Translations under genes and position numbers: made by a program
Origin: Convolutriloba macropyga
Taxonomy: Eukaryota
Assembly (NCBI RefSeq): GCF_964194025.1
Contig: NC_134481.1
Coordinates: 38,440,001-38,504,000 of the forward strand
DNA length: 64,000 nt
Direction of reading: 5' to 3'
The notes under the pieces: model-generated
Told to the model about the DNA's origin: nothing
Database searches by the model: none
What the model saw: only the letters and a program-made list of their open reading frames with translations
Shown: piece by piece, positions 1-15,215 of the stretch
Position numbering within the stretch: the stretch's first letter is position 1
Layout: every line of letters starts with the position of its first letter

Positions 1-3000
1 AATTTCTTACAACCTAACCATCGACTTGCAATTTCATACAAGTTCACCCTTCGGATTGCAAATTTGTACAAATTAATCACTCGACTTAAAAATTTTTACA
101 ATAAACCATTCGACTTGCAAGTTCTTACAAGTTAACAATTATACTTGCAGATTTTTACATGTTAAACGTTCGAATAGCAATTTCTTACAAATTAACCATT
201 CGACCTGCAGAATTTCACAGGTTAACATTCAACTTGCAAGTATCTACAAGTTAATCATTAGACTTGCAGTTTTTTACATGTTAGCCCTTCGACTAGCAAC
301 TCCTACGAAATAACCATTCAATTTGCAAGTTCCTACAAGTTAACCATTCGAGTTGCACGTTCTTACAAGTTAACCATTCGACTTGGCAATTTCTCACACG
401 TTAACCATTTGACTTGCAATTTCTTACAACCTAACCATCGAATTGCAATTTCATACAAGTTAACCCTTCGGAATGCAAATTTGTACAAATTAATCAATCG
501 ACTTGCAAGTTCTTACAATAAACCATTCGACTTGCAATTTCCTACAATTTAACCACTCGAGTTGCAGGTTCTTACAAGTTAACCCTTTGACTTGCAAGTT
601 CTTACAAGTTAACCATTTGAATTGCAAATTCTTTCAAGTTAACCATTCGTGTTGCAGGTTTTTACATGTTTACCAATCGACTAGCAAATTCCTAAAATTA
701 ACCGTTCGACTTTCAAGTTCCTACAAAATAACCATTTGAGTTGCAGGTTCTTACCAGTTCACCATTTGAATTGCAAGTTCTTACAAATTAACCATTGGAC
801 CTGCAATTTCTTACAATGAACCATTCAACTTGCAATTTCTCACAAGTTACCCAATTGACTTGCAGGTTTTTACTTTTTAACCATTCTACTTGCAAGTTAG
901 TACAAGTTAGGCATTCGACATGCAAATTCTTAAAAGTAAACCATTCGACTTGAAAGTTCTTATAAAATAACCAATCGACCTGCAAGTGCTTTCAATTGAA
1001 CCATTCAACTTGGCAACTTCTCACAACCTAACCATCGACTTGCAAGTTCTTACATGATAACCCTTCGACTAAAAAGTCCTTACAAATTAGCCATGCGACT
1101 TGCAAGTTCCTACAAGTTTACCATTTGAGTTGCAGGTTCTTACAAGTTAACCATTTGACCTGGCAATTTTTTACAAGTTAATCCTTCAACTTGCAAGTCT
1201 TTACAATTTGACCATTCGACTTGCAAGTTCTTTCAAGCTAACCATTCGACTTGCATTTTGTTGCATGTTAATTATTCGACTTGGCATTTCCTTACAAGTT
1301 AACCATTCAGTTTGCATGTTCTTACAAGTGAATCATTCGAATTGGCAATTTCTCTTACGTTAACCATTTGACTTGCAAATTTTAACAGGTTAACCAATCG
1401 ACTTGCAAAACCCTAAAAACTAATAAATCGACTTGCAAGTTGTTACTAATTAGCCATTAGACTAGCAATTTCTTACAAATTGACCATTCGATTTGCAAAT
1501 TCTAACAAGCTAACCATTCGAATTGCATGTGCTTACAAGTTAGCCATTTGACCAGCAAGTTCCTTCAAACTGAATATTTGACTTTTAATTTCTTACAAGT
1601 TAACCATTCAGCTTGCACGTTCTTACAAAATAACCATTCGACTTGGCAGTTTCTTACACGTTAACCATTCTACTTGCAAGTTAATACAAGTAAACCATTC
1701 TAGTTGACGTTCTAACAAGTTAACCATTCGACATGAAAATTCTTAAAAGTAAACCATATGACTTGCAAGTTCTTACAAAATAACCAATCGACCTGCTAGT
1801 GCTTACAATTGAGCCATTCAACTTGGCAACTTCTCACGACTAACCATCGAATTGCAAGTTCTTACAAGTTAACCCTTCGGATTGCAAAGTTGCAGGTTTT
1901 TACATGTTAACCCATCGACTAAAAATTTCTTACAAATTAGCCATTCGACTTGCAAGTTCCTACAAGTTAACCATTTGAGTTGCAGGCTCTTACAAGTTAA
2001 CTATTTGACTTGGCAAATTCTTACAAGTTAACCATAAAACTTGGCAATTTCTTACAAGTTAACCCTTCAACTTGCAAGTTTTTACAAATTGACCATTCGA
2101 CTTGGCAATTTTTCACACGTTAACCATTTGACTTGCAAATTTTCACAGGTCAGCCAATCGACTTGCAAATTCTTAAAAACTAATAAATCGACTTGCAAGT
2201 TGTTACTAATTAGCCATTCGACTAGCAATTTCTCACAAATTGACCATTTGATTTGCAAATTCTTACAAGCTAACCATTCGAATTGCATGTTCTTACAAGT
2301 TAGCCATTTGACCAGCAAGTTCCTTCAAACTGAATATTTGACTTTTAATTTCTTACAAGTTAACCATTCATTTTGCACGTTCTTACAAGATAACCATTCG
2401 ACTTGGCAATTTCCTTCAAGTTAACTATACAACTTGTCACTTTCTTACAAGTTAACCCTTCAACTTGCAACTTCTTACAAATTAACTTTGGACTTGCAAG
2501 TTCTTACAATGAACCATTCAACTTGCATTTTCTTACAACTTACCCAATAGTTTTTCAAGTTTTTACTTGTTAACCATCCTACTTGTTGACGTTCCAACAA
2601 GTTAACCATTCGACATGAAAATTCTTAAAAGTAAACCATTTGACTTGCAAGTTCTTACAAAATAACCAATCGACCTGCTAGTGCTTACAATTGAGCCATT
2701 CAACTTGGCAACTTCTCACAACTAACCATCGAATTGCAAGTTCTTACAAGTTAACCCTTCGGATTGCAAAGTTGCAGGTTTTTACATGTTAACCCATCGA
2801 CTAAAAATTTCTTACAAATTAGCCATTCGACTTGCAAGTTCCTACAAGTTAACCATTTGAGTTGCAGGCTCTTACAAGTTAACTATTTGACTTGGCAAAT
2901 TCTTACAAGTTAACCATAAAATTTGGCAATTTCTTACAAGTTAACCCTTCAACTTGCAAGTTTTTACAAATTGACCATTCGACTTGGCAATTTTTCACAC

Positions 3001-6000
3001 GTTAACCATTTGACTTGCAAATTTTCACAGGTCAGCCAATCGACTTGCAAATTCATAAAAACAAATAAATCGACTTGCAAGTTGTTACTAATTAGCCATT
3101 CGACTAGCAATTTCTCACAAATTGACCATTTGATTTGCATATTCTTACAAGCTAACCATTCGAATTGCATGTTCTTACAAGTTAGCCATTTGACCAGCAA
3201 GTTCCTTCAAACCGAATATTTGACTTTTAATTTCTTGCAAGTTAACCATTCATTTTGCACGTTCTTACAAGATAACCATTCGACTTGGCAATTTCCTTCA
3301 AGTTAACTATACAACTTGTCACTTTCTTACAAGTTAACCCTTCAACTTGCAACTTCTTACAAATTAACTTTGGACTTGCAAGTTCTTACAATGAACCATT
3401 CAACTTGCATTTTCTTACAACTTACCCAATCGTTTTTCAAGTTTTTACTTGTTAACCATCCTACTTGTTGACGTTCCAACAAGTTAACCATTCGACATGA
3501 AAATTCTTAAAAGTAAACCATTTGACTTGCAAGTTCTTACAAAATAACCAATCGACCTGCTAGTGCTTACAATTGAGCCATTCAACTTGGCAACTTCTCA
3601 CAACTAACCATCGAATTGCAAGTTCTTACAAGTTAACCCTTCGGATTGCAAAGTTGCAGGTTTTTACATGTTAACCCTTCGACTAAAAATTTCTTACTAA
3701 TTAGCCATTCGACTTGCAGGTTCCTACAAGTTAACCATTTGAGTTTAGGCTCTTACAAGTTAACTATTTGACAAGGCAAATTCTTACAAGTTAACCATAA
3801 AACTTGGCAATTTCTTACAAGTTAACCCTTCAACTTGCAAGTTTTTACAAATTGACCATTCGACTTGGCAATTTCTCACACGTTAACCATTTGACTTGCA
3901 AATTTCCACAGGTCAGCCAATCGACTTGCAAATTCTTAAAAACTAAAAAATTGACTTGCAAGTTGTTACTAATTAGCCATTCGACTAGCAATTTCTTACA
4001 AATTGACCATTCGATTTGCAAATTCTTACAAGCTAACCATTCTAATTGCATGTTCTTACAAGTTAGCCATTTGACCAGCAAGTTCCTTCAAACCGAATAT
4101 TTGACTTTTAATTTCTTGCAAGTTAACCATTCATTTTGCACGTTCTTACAAGATAACCATTCGACTTGGCAGTTTCCTTCAAGTTAACTATACAACTTGT
4201 CACTTTCTTACAAGTTAACCCTTCAACTTGCAACTTCTTACAAATTAACTTTGGACTTGCAAGTTCTTACAATGAACCATTCAACTTGCATTTTCTTACA
4301 ACTTACCCAATCGTTTTTCAAGTTTTTACTTGTTAACCATCCTACTTGTTGACGTTCCAACAAGTTAACCATTCGACATGAAAATTCTTAAAAGTAAACC
4401 ATTTGACTTGCAAGTTCTTACAAAATAACCAATCGACCTGCTAGTGCTTACAATTGAGCCATTCAACTTGGCAACTTCTCACAACTAACCATCGAATTGC
4501 AAGTTCTTACAAGTTAACCCTTCAACTTGCAAGTTTTTACAAATTGACCATTCGACTTGGCAATTTCTCACACGTTAACCATTTGACTTGCAAATTTCCA
4601 CAGGTCAGCCAATCGACTTGCAAATTCTTAAAAACTAAAAAATTGACTTGCAAGTTGTTACTAATTAGCCATTCGACTAGCAATTTCTTACAAATTGACC
4701 ATTCGATTTGCAAATTCTTACAAGCTAACCATTCTAATTGCATGTTCTTACAAGTTAGCCATTTGACCAGCAAGTTCTTTCAAACTGAATATATGACTTT
4801 TAATTTCTTACAAGTTAACCATTCAACTTGCACGTTCTTACAAGATAACCATTCGACTTGGCAAATTCTCTCAAGTTAACTATACAACTTGTGACTTTCT
4901 TACAAGTTAACCCTTCAACTTGCAACTTCTTACAAATTAACCTTTGGACTTGCAAGTTCTTACAATGAACCATTCAACTTGCAATTTCTTACAAGTTACC
5001 CAATCGTTTTTCAAGTTTTTACTTGTTAACCATTCTACTTGCAAGTTAGTAGAACTAAACCATTCCAGTTGACGTTCCAACAAGTTAACCATTCGACATG
5101 AAAATTCTTAAAGGTAAACCATTTGACTTGCAAGTTCTTACAAAATAACCAATCGACCTGATAGTGCTTACAATTGAGCAATTCAACTTGGCAACTTCTC
5201 ACAACTAACCATCGAATTGCAAGTTCTTACAAGTTAACCCTTCGGATTGCAAAGTTGCAGGTTTTTACATGTTAACCCTTCGACTAAAAATTTCTTACAA
5301 ATTAGCCATTCGACTTGCAAGTTCCTACAAGTTAACCATTTGAGTTGCAGGCTCTTACAAGTTAACTATTTGACTTGGCAAATTCTTACAAGTTAACCAT
5401 AAAACTTGGCAATTTCTTACAAGTTAACTCTTCAACTTGCAAGTTTTTACAAATTGACCCTTCGACTTGGCAATTTCTCACACGTTAACCATTTGACTTG
5501 CAAATTTTCACAGGTCAGCCATTCGACTTGCAAATTCTTAAAAACTAATAAATCGACTTGCAAGTTGTTACTAATTAGCCATTCGACTAGCAATTTCTTA
5601 CAAATTGACCATTCGATTTGCAAATTCTTACAAGCTAACTATTCGAATTGCATGTTCTTACAAGTTAGCCTTTTCACCAGCAAGTTCCTTCAAACTGAAT
5701 ATTTGACTTTTAATTTCTTACAAGTTAACCATTCAACTTGCACGTTCTTACAAGATAACCATTCGACTTGGCAGTTTCTTACACGTTAACCATTCTACTT
5801 GCAAGTTAGTACAAGTAAAACATTCCAGTTGACGTTCTAACAAGTTAACCATTCGACATGAAAATTCTTAAAAGTAAACCATTTGACTTGCAAGTTCTTA
5901 CAAAATAACCAATCGACCTGCAAGTGCTTACAATTGAGCCATTCAACTTGGCAATTTCTCACAACTAACCATCGACTTGCAAGTTCTTACAAGTTAACCC

Positions 6001-9000
6001 TTCGGATTGCCAAGTTGCAGGTTTTTACATGTTAACCCTTCGACTAAAAATTTCTTACAAATTAGCCATTCGACTTGCAAGTTTTTACAAATTGAACGTT
6101 CGACTTGCAAGTTCTTTCAAGCTAACCATTCGACTTGGCAATTTCTCACACGTTAACCATTTGACTTGCAAATTTTCATAGGTCAACCAATCGACTAGCA
6201 AATTCTTAAAAACTAATCAATAGACTTGCAAGTTCTTACTAAATAGCCAATAGACTAGCAATTTCTTACAAATTGACCATTCAATTTTCAAGCTCTTACA
6301 AGCTAACCATTCGAATTGCATGTTCTTACAAGTTAGCCATTCGACCAGCAAGTTCCTTCAAACTGAACATTTGACTTTTAATTTCTTACAAGTTAACCAT
6401 TCAACTTGTACGTTCTTACAAGTTAACCTTTCGACTTGGCAGTTTCTCACACGTTAACCATTCGGCTTGCAAGTTCTTACAAGTTAATCATTCTATGTGC
6501 AGGTTCTTACCAGTTATTTATTCGACTCGCAAGTTTTTGCTAATTAACAATTGGATTTGCAGTTTATCTACATGCTAATCATTCGAATAGCAAGTTCCTA
6601 CAAATTAACTGTTCAATCTTCAAGTTGCTACAAGTTAACCATTCGAGTTGCACGTTCATACAAGTTAACCATTCGAATTGGCAATTTCTTTCAAGTTAAC
6701 CATACAACTTGGCAATTTCTTACAAGTTAACCCTTCAAATTGCAAGTTCTTACAAATTAACAATTGGACTTGCAAGTTTCTACAATGAACCATTAAACTT
6801 GCAATTTATTACAAGTTACCCAATCGACTTGCAGGTTTTTACTTGTTAACCATTCTACTTGCAAGTTAGCGCAACTAAACCATTCCAGTTGACGTTCTAA
6901 CAAGTTAACCCTTCGACATTCAAATTCGTAAAAGTAAACCATTTGACTTGCAAGTTCTTACAAATTAACCAATCGACCTGCAAGTGCTTACAATTGAACC
7001 ATTCAACTTGGCAACTTCTCACAACAAAACCATCGACTTGCAAGTTCTTTCAAGTTATTCCTTCGGATTGCAAATTTTTACAAATTAACAAAACGACTTG
7101 CAAGTTCTTACAAGTTAACCCTTCGAGTTGAAGGTTTTTACATCTTAACCCTTCGACTAAAAAGTGCTTACAAATTAACCATTCGACTTGCAAGTTCCTA
7201 AAAGTTAGCCATTCGAGTTGCAGGTTCTTACAAGTTAAACATTTGACTTGGAAATTTCTTTCAAGTTAAACAAACAACTTGGTATTTTCTTACAAGTTAA
7301 CCCTTCAATTTGCAAGTTCTTGCCAATTGACCATTCGACTTGCAAGTTCTTACAAGTTAACCATTCGAATTGGCAATTTATCACACGTTAACCATTTGAC
7401 TTGTAAATTTTCACAGGTTAACCTCTCAACTTGCAAAAAATCCTTAAATACTAATAAATCGACTTGCAAGTTCTTACTAATAAGCCATTCGACTTGCAAG
7501 TTCTTACTAATGAGGCATTCGACGAACAAGTTCTTACAATTTGACCATTCGATTTGCAAGCTCTTGCAAGCTAACCATTCGAATTGCATGTTCTTTCAAT
7601 TTAGCCTCTCGACCAGCAAGTTCCTTCAAACTGACCATTTGAATTTTAATTTCTTACAAGTTAACCATTCAACTTGTAATTTCTTACTAGTTAACCATTC
7701 GACTTGGCACTTTCTTACACGTTAACCATTCAACTTGCAAGTTCATACAAGTTAAAAATTCCACCTGCAGGTTCTTACCAGCGAACTATTCGACTCGCAA
7801 ATTTTTGCAAATTAACAATTGGACTTGCAGTTTTTTTACTTGCTAATCATTCGACTAGCAAGTTCCTATAAATTAACCGTTCAACCTGCAAGTTCCTGCA
7901 AGTTAACCATTCGAGTTGTACGTTCATACAAGTTAACCATTCCAATTGGCAATTTCTTTCAAGTTAACTATACAACTTGGCACTTTCTTACAAGTTAACC
8001 CTTCAACTTGCAACTTCTTACAAATTAACTTTTGGACTTGCAAGTTCTTACAATGAACCATTCGACTTGCAATTTCTTAAAAGTTACCCAGTCGTTTTGC
8101 AAGTTTTTACTTGTCAATCATTCTACTTGCAAGTTAGTACAAGTAAACCATTCCAGTTGACTTTCCAACATGTTAACCATTTGACATGCAATTTCTTAGA
8201 AGTAAACCTTTCGACTTGCAAGTTCTTACAAAATAACCAATCGACCCGCAGGTGCATACAATTGAACCATTCTACTTGGCAACTTCTCACAACCTAACCA
8301 TCGACTTGCAAGTTCTTTCAAATTATTCCTTCGGATTGCAAAGTTGCAGGTTTTTACATGTTAACCCTTCGACTAAAATTTTCTTGCAAATTAGCCATTC
8401 GACTTGCAAGTTCCTACAGGTTAACCATTTGAGTTGCAGGCTCTTACAAGTTAACCATTTGACTTGGCAATTTCTTACAAATTAACAAAACAACTTGATA
8501 TTTTCCTACAAGTTAACCCTTCAATTTGCAAGTTCTTACAAATTGACCATTCGACTTGCAAGTTCTTACAAGCTAACCGTTCGACTTATATTTTATTGCA
8601 ATTTAATCATTCGATTTGCTCGTTCTTACAAGTTATCCATTCGACTTGGCAATTTCTCACACGTTAACCATTCCACATGTAAATTTTCACAGGCTATTCT
8701 ATCAACTTGCAACAAGGCCTTAAAAACTAATAAATCGACTTGCACGTTCTTACTAATTAGCCATTCGACTAGCAAGTTCTTACAATTTGACCATTCGATT
8801 TGCAAGTTCTTACAAGCTAAGCATTCGAATTGCATGTTCTTTCAAGTTAACCATTCAACTTGCAAGTTCAAACAAGTTAACGATTCGACTTGGCAGTTTC
8901 TTACACGTTAACCATTCGACTTGCAAGTTCTTACAAGTTAATCATTCTACCTGCAGGTTCTTACCAGTTAACTATTCGACTCGCAAGTTTTTGCAAATTA

Positions 9001-12000
9001 ACCATTGGATTTGCAGTTTTTTTACATGCTAATCATTTGACTAGCAAATTCCTACAAATTAACCGTTCAACCTGCAAGTTCCAACAAGTTAACCATTCGA
9101 GTTGTACGTTCATACAAGTTAACCATTCGAATTGGCAAATTCTATCAAGTTAACTGTACAACTTGGCAATTTCTTACAAGTTAACCCTTCATTTTGCAAG
9201 TTCCTACAAATTAACCATTGGACTTGCAAGTTCTTACAATCAACCATTCAACTTGCAATTTTTTACAAGTTACCCAATCGTTTTGCAGTTTTTACTTGTT
9301 AACCATTCTACTTGCAAGTTGATACAAGTAAAACATTCCAGTTGACGTTCCAACAAGTTACCCATTTGACATGCAAATTCTTAAAAGTAAACTATTCGAC
9401 TTGCAAGTTCTTACAAAATAACCAATCGACCTGCAATTGCATACAATTGAACCATTCAACTTGGCAACTTCTCACAACCTAACCATCGAATTGCAAGTTC
9501 TTTCAAGTTATCCCTTCGGATTGCAATTTTTTGCAAATTAACCATTCGACTTGCAATTTCTTAGAAGTTAACCATTCGAGTTGCAGGTTTTTACATTTTA
9601 ATCCTTCGACTAAAAAGTTCTTACAAATTAACCATTCGACTTGCAATTTCCTACAAGTTAACCATTCGAGTTGAAGGTTCTTACAAGTTAACCATTTGAC
9701 TTGGCAATTTCTTACAAGTTAACGAAACAACTTGGTATTTTCCTAAAAATTAACCCTTCAGTTTGCAAGTTCTTACAAATTGACTATTCGACTTGCAAGT
9801 TCTTACAAGCTAACCATTCGACTTGCATTGTCTTGCATGTTAATCATTCGACTTGTAAATTTTCACAGGTTAACTTATCGACTTATAAATCCTTAAAAAC
9901 CAATAAATCGACTTGCAAGTTTTTACTAATTAGCCATTCGACTAGCAAGTTCTTACAATTTGACCATTCGATTTGCATGTTCTTTCAAGTTCGCCACTCG
10001 ACCAGCAATTTCCTTCAAACTGACCATTTGACTTTTAATTTCTTACAAGTTAACCATTCAACTTGCAAGTTCATACAAGTTAACCATTCGAAGTGGCAGT
10101 TTCTTACACGTTAACAGTTCGAGTTGCAAGTTCTTACAAGTTAACCGTTCAACTTGCACGTTCTTGCATGTTAATCACTCGAATTTGCAGTTTCTTACAA
10201 GTTATCCATTCGATTTGCACGTTCTTACAAGTTAACCATTCGACTCGCAATTTTTGCAAATTAGCCATTGGACTTGCAGTTTTTTTACATGTCAATCTTT
10301 CGAATAGCAAGTTCCTACGAATTAAACGTTCAACTTGCAAGTTCCTATATGTTAACCATTCGACTTGGCAATTTCGTACAAGTTAACATTTCGACTTGCA
10401 AGTTGTTACAAGTTAACCATTCGACTTTCAAGTCTTTACAAGTTAATCATTCTACCCGCAGGTTCTTACCAGTTAACTATTCAACTCGCAAGTTTTTGCA
10501 AATTAACCATTGGACTTGCTGTTTTTTACATGCTAATCTTTCGACTAGCAAGTTCCTACAAATTAAATGTTCAACTTGCAAGTTCCTATATGTTAACCAT
10601 TCGACTTGGCAATTTCTTACAAGTTAACATTTCGACTTGCAAGTTGTTACAAGTTAACCATTCGACTTGCCAATTTCTTACAAGTCAACATTTCGACTTG
10701 CAAGTTGTTACAAGTTAACCATTCGACTTGCAGGTTTTTACATGTTGACCAATCGACAAGCAATTTCTTACAAATTAACTATTCGACTTGCAGGTTTTCA
10801 AATGTTAACCATTCGACTTGCAAGTATCTACAAGTTAACCCTTCAACTTGCAAGTTCTTACAAATTAACCAGTGGACTTGCAAGTTCTTACAATGAACCA
10901 TTCAACTTGCAATTTCTTACAAACCACCCAATCGCCTTGCAGGTCTTTACTTGTTAACCATTCTACTTGCAAATTAGAGAAGTAAACCATTCCAGTTGTC
11001 ATTCTAACAAGTTAAACAATCGACATACAAACTCTTAAAAGTAAACAATTTGACTTGCAAGTTCTTACAAAATAACCAATGGACCTGCAAGAGCTTACAG
11101 TTGAACCATTCAACTTGTCAACTTCTCAAAACCTAACCATCGACTTGCAAGTTCTTACAAGTTAACCCTTCGGATTGCAAATTTTTACAAATTAACCAAA
11201 CGACTTGCAATTTCTTACAATAATTCATTCAACTTGCAAGTTCTTACAAGTTAACCATTCGAGTTGCAGGTTTCTTCTTGTTAAAACTTCGACTAAAAAG
11301 TTCTTACAAATTAACCATTCAACTTGCAAGTTCCTACAGATTAGTAATTTGAGTTGCAGGTTATTACATTCGACTTGCATTGTCTTGCATGTTAATCATT
11401 CGACTTCTAATTTTTCACAGGTTAACTTATCGACTTGTAAATCCTTAAAAAACAACAAATCGACTTGCAAGTTCTTACTAATTAGCCATTCGACTAGCAA
11501 ATTCTTACAAATTGACCATTCGTCCTGCAAGTTCTTACAAGTTAATCATTCTACCTGCAGGATCTCTTATCAGTTAACTATTCGACTCGTAAGCTCTTAC
11601 AAGTTAACCATTCGACTGGCAGTTTGTTTACATGTTAACCATTCGACTAGCAAGTTCCTACAAATTAACCCTTCAACTTGCAAGCTCCTACAAGTTAACC
11701 ATTCGACTTGCAAGCTCTTACAAGTTAACCATTCGACTTGCAGTTTGTTTACAAATTAACCATTCGACTAGCAAGTTCTTACAATTTAACTACTCAACTT
11801 GCAGGTTTTCACATGTTAAAAATTCGACTTGCAAGTATCTACAATTTAATCATTCGACTTGCACGTTCTTACAAGCTAACCATGTGTCTTGGCAATCTCT
11901 TACACGTTAGCCATTCGACCAGCAAGTTCTTACAAATTGACCATTCGAAATGCAAGTTCTTACAAACTAACTATTCATCTTGCAAGTTCTTACAATTTAG

Positions 12001-15000
12001 CCACTCTACCAGCAAGTTTCTACAAACTTACCAATCGACATGTAAGTTCTTACAAGTTAACTTTTCAACATGCACGTTCTTACAAACTAACCATTCGACT
12101 TGACAATTTCTTACACGTTAACCATTCGACTTGCAAGTTTCTACAAGTTAACCATTCGACTTTCAAGTCTTTACAAGTTAACCATTCGACCTGTAGTTAT
12201 TTACCCGCTAACTATTCGACTCGCAAGTTTTTGCAAATTAATCATTGGACTTGCTGGTTTTTTACATGCTAATCTTTCGACTAGCAAGTTCCTACAAATT
12301 AAAACTTCAAATTGCAAGTTCCTACATGATAACCATTCGACTTGGCAATTTCTTACAAGTCAACATTTCGACTTGCAAGGTGTTACAAGTTAACCATTCG
12401 ACTTGCAGGTTTTTACATGTTAACCAATCGACTAGCAAGTTCTTACAAATTAACTATTCGACTTGCAGGTTTTCAAATGTTAACCATTCGACTTGCAAGT
12501 ATCTAAAAGTTAACCCTTCAACTTGCAAGTTCTTACAAATTAACCAGTGGACTTGCAAGTTCTTGCAATGAACCATTCAACTTGCAATTTCTTACAAACT
12601 ACCCAATCGACTTGCAGGTTTTCAGTTGTTAACCATTCTACTTGCAAGTTAGAGAAGTAAACCATTCCAGTTGACATTCTAACAAGTTAAACAATCGACA
12701 TACAAATTCTTAAAAGTAAACAATTCGACCTGCAATTTCTCACAAAATAACCAATGGACCTGCAAGAGCTTACAGTTGAACCATTCAACTTGTCAACTTC
12801 TCAAAACCTAACCATCGACTTGCAAGTTCTTACAAGTTAACCCTTCGGATTGCAAATTTTTACAAATTAACCAAACGACTTGCAATTTCTTACAAAAATT
12901 CATTCAACTTGCAAGTTCTTACAAGTTAACCATCCGAGTTGCAGGTTTTTTCATGTTAAACCTTCGACTAAAAAGTTCTTACAAATTAACCATTCGACTT
13001 GCAAATTCCTACAGACTAGTAATTCGAGTTGCAGGTTATTACAAGTTAACCATTTGACTTGGCAGTTTCTTACAAGTTAACCATACTACTTGGCACTTTC
13101 TTACAAGTTAACGCTTCAACGTGCAAGTTCTTACAAAATGACCATTCGACTTGTAAGTTCTTACAAACTAACCATTCGACTTGCATTTTCTTGCATGTTA
13201 ATCATTCGACTTGCAAATTTTCACAGGTTAACTTATCGACTTGCAAATCCTTAAAAACCAATAAATCGACTTGCAAGTTCTTAATAATTAGCCATTCGAC
13301 CTGCAAGTTCTTACAAGTTAATCATTCTACCTGCAGGTTCTTATCAGTTAACCATTCGACTCGCAAGCTCTTACAAGTTAACCATTCGACTTGCAGTTTG
13401 TTTACATGTTAACCATTCGACTAGCAAGTTCTTACAAATTAACTACTCAACTTGCAGGTTTTCACTTAATAAAAATTCGATTTGCAAGTTTTACAATTTA
13501 GTCATTCGACTTGCACGTTCTTACAAGCTAACCATGTGTCTTGGCATTCTCTTACACGTTAGCCATTTGACCAGCAAGTTCTTACAAATTGACCATTCGA
13601 AATGCAAGTTCTTACAAACTAACTATTCAACTTGCAAGTTCTTCCAATTTAGCCAATCTGCCAGCAAGTTTCTACAAACTAACCATTCGACATGTAAGTT
13701 CTTACAAGTTAACCTTTAAACATGCACGTTCTTACAAACTAACCATTCGACTTGACAATTTCTTACACGTTAACCATTTGACTTGCAAGTTCCTACAAGT
13801 TAACCATTCGCCTTGCAAATTTTCACTGGTTAATCTACCGGCTCGCAAATTCCTAAAAACTATGAAATCGCCTCGTAGGTAATTTTACAAATTGATCATT
13901 CGAATTGCAGGTTTTAGCAAGTTAAAGTTTCGATTAGCACGTTTTTACAAGTTAATCATTCGACTAGCCAAATCTTACAAGTTTACCATTTGACTTGCAA
14001 CATCTCAAAGGTTAACCATTCGACTTGCAAATTCTTACATGTTAACCATTCGAATTGCATGTTTTTTCAAATCAGCCATTCGACCAGCAAGTTCCTTCAA
14101 ACTGACCATTTGACTTTTAATTTCTTACAAATTAACCATTAAATTTGCAAGTGCTTACAGTTGCACCATTCAACCTAGCAATTTCTCACAAATTAAGCAT
14201 CAGTTTGCAAGTTCTTACAAGTTAACCATTCGGCTTGCATTTTCCTACAAGATAACCATTCGACTTGCAAGTTTTTACAAGTTAACAATTTGACTTTCAA
14301 GTCTTTACAAGTTAACCATTCGACCTGCAGGTTTTTACCAGTTAACAATTCGACTCGCAATTTTTCACAAAAAACCATTGGACTTGCAAGTTCTTTCAAT
14401 GAAACAGTCGACTTGCAATTTCCTAAAAGTTACCCAATCGACATGCAGGTTTTTACTTGTTAACCATTCGACTTGCAGGTTATTACCAGTAAACCATTCG
14501 AGTTGCACGTTCTAACAAGTTAACCATTCGACTTGCAAGTTCTTACAAAATAATCAATCGACCTGCAAGTGCTTAAAATTGAACCATTCAACTTTGCAAT
14601 TTCTCACAAACTAACCATCGACTTGCAATTTCTTACAAATTTACCATTCGAGTTGCAATTTTTTACAATAAACCATTCGACTTGCAAGTTCGTACCAGTT
14701 AACCATTCGAGTTGCAGGTTTTTACATGTTAACCATTCGACTTGCAGGTTATTACCAGTAAACCATTCGAGTTGCACGTTCTAACAAGTTACCCAATCGA
14801 CTTGCAGGTTTTTACTTGTTAACCATTCGACTTGCAGGTTATTACCAGTAAACCATTCGAGTTGCACGTTCTAACAAGTTAACCATTCGACTTGCAAGTT
14901 CTTACAAAATAATCAATCGACCTGCAAGTGCTTAAAATTGAACCATTCAACTTTGCAATTTCTCACAAACTAACCATCGACTTGCAATTTCTTACAAATT

Positions 15001-15215
15001 TACCATTCGAGTTGCAGGTTTTTACGTGTTAACCATTCGACTAGCAAGTTTTTACAAATTAACCATTCGACTTGCAATTTTTTACAATAAACCATTCGAC
15101 TTGCAAGTTCGTACCAGTTAACCATTCGAGTTGCAGGTTTTTACATGTTAACCATTCGACTAGCAAGTTCTTACAAATTAACCATTCGAGTTGCAACTTC
15201 TTACAAGTTAACCAT
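1..15215. repeat. 30-bp satellite array (consensus about CAAGTTAACCATTCGACTTGCAAGTTCTTA), ~500 monomers, with higher-order repeats; continues off the left edge
   Basis: Continuous 30-nt periodicity. The ORF track shows 10-aa periodic peptides (QVNHSTCKFL, LTIRLASSYK). Near-identical blocks recur at 2041/2923/3804 (882/881-bp spacing). The array ends abruptly at about 15215. Confidence 0.98.
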
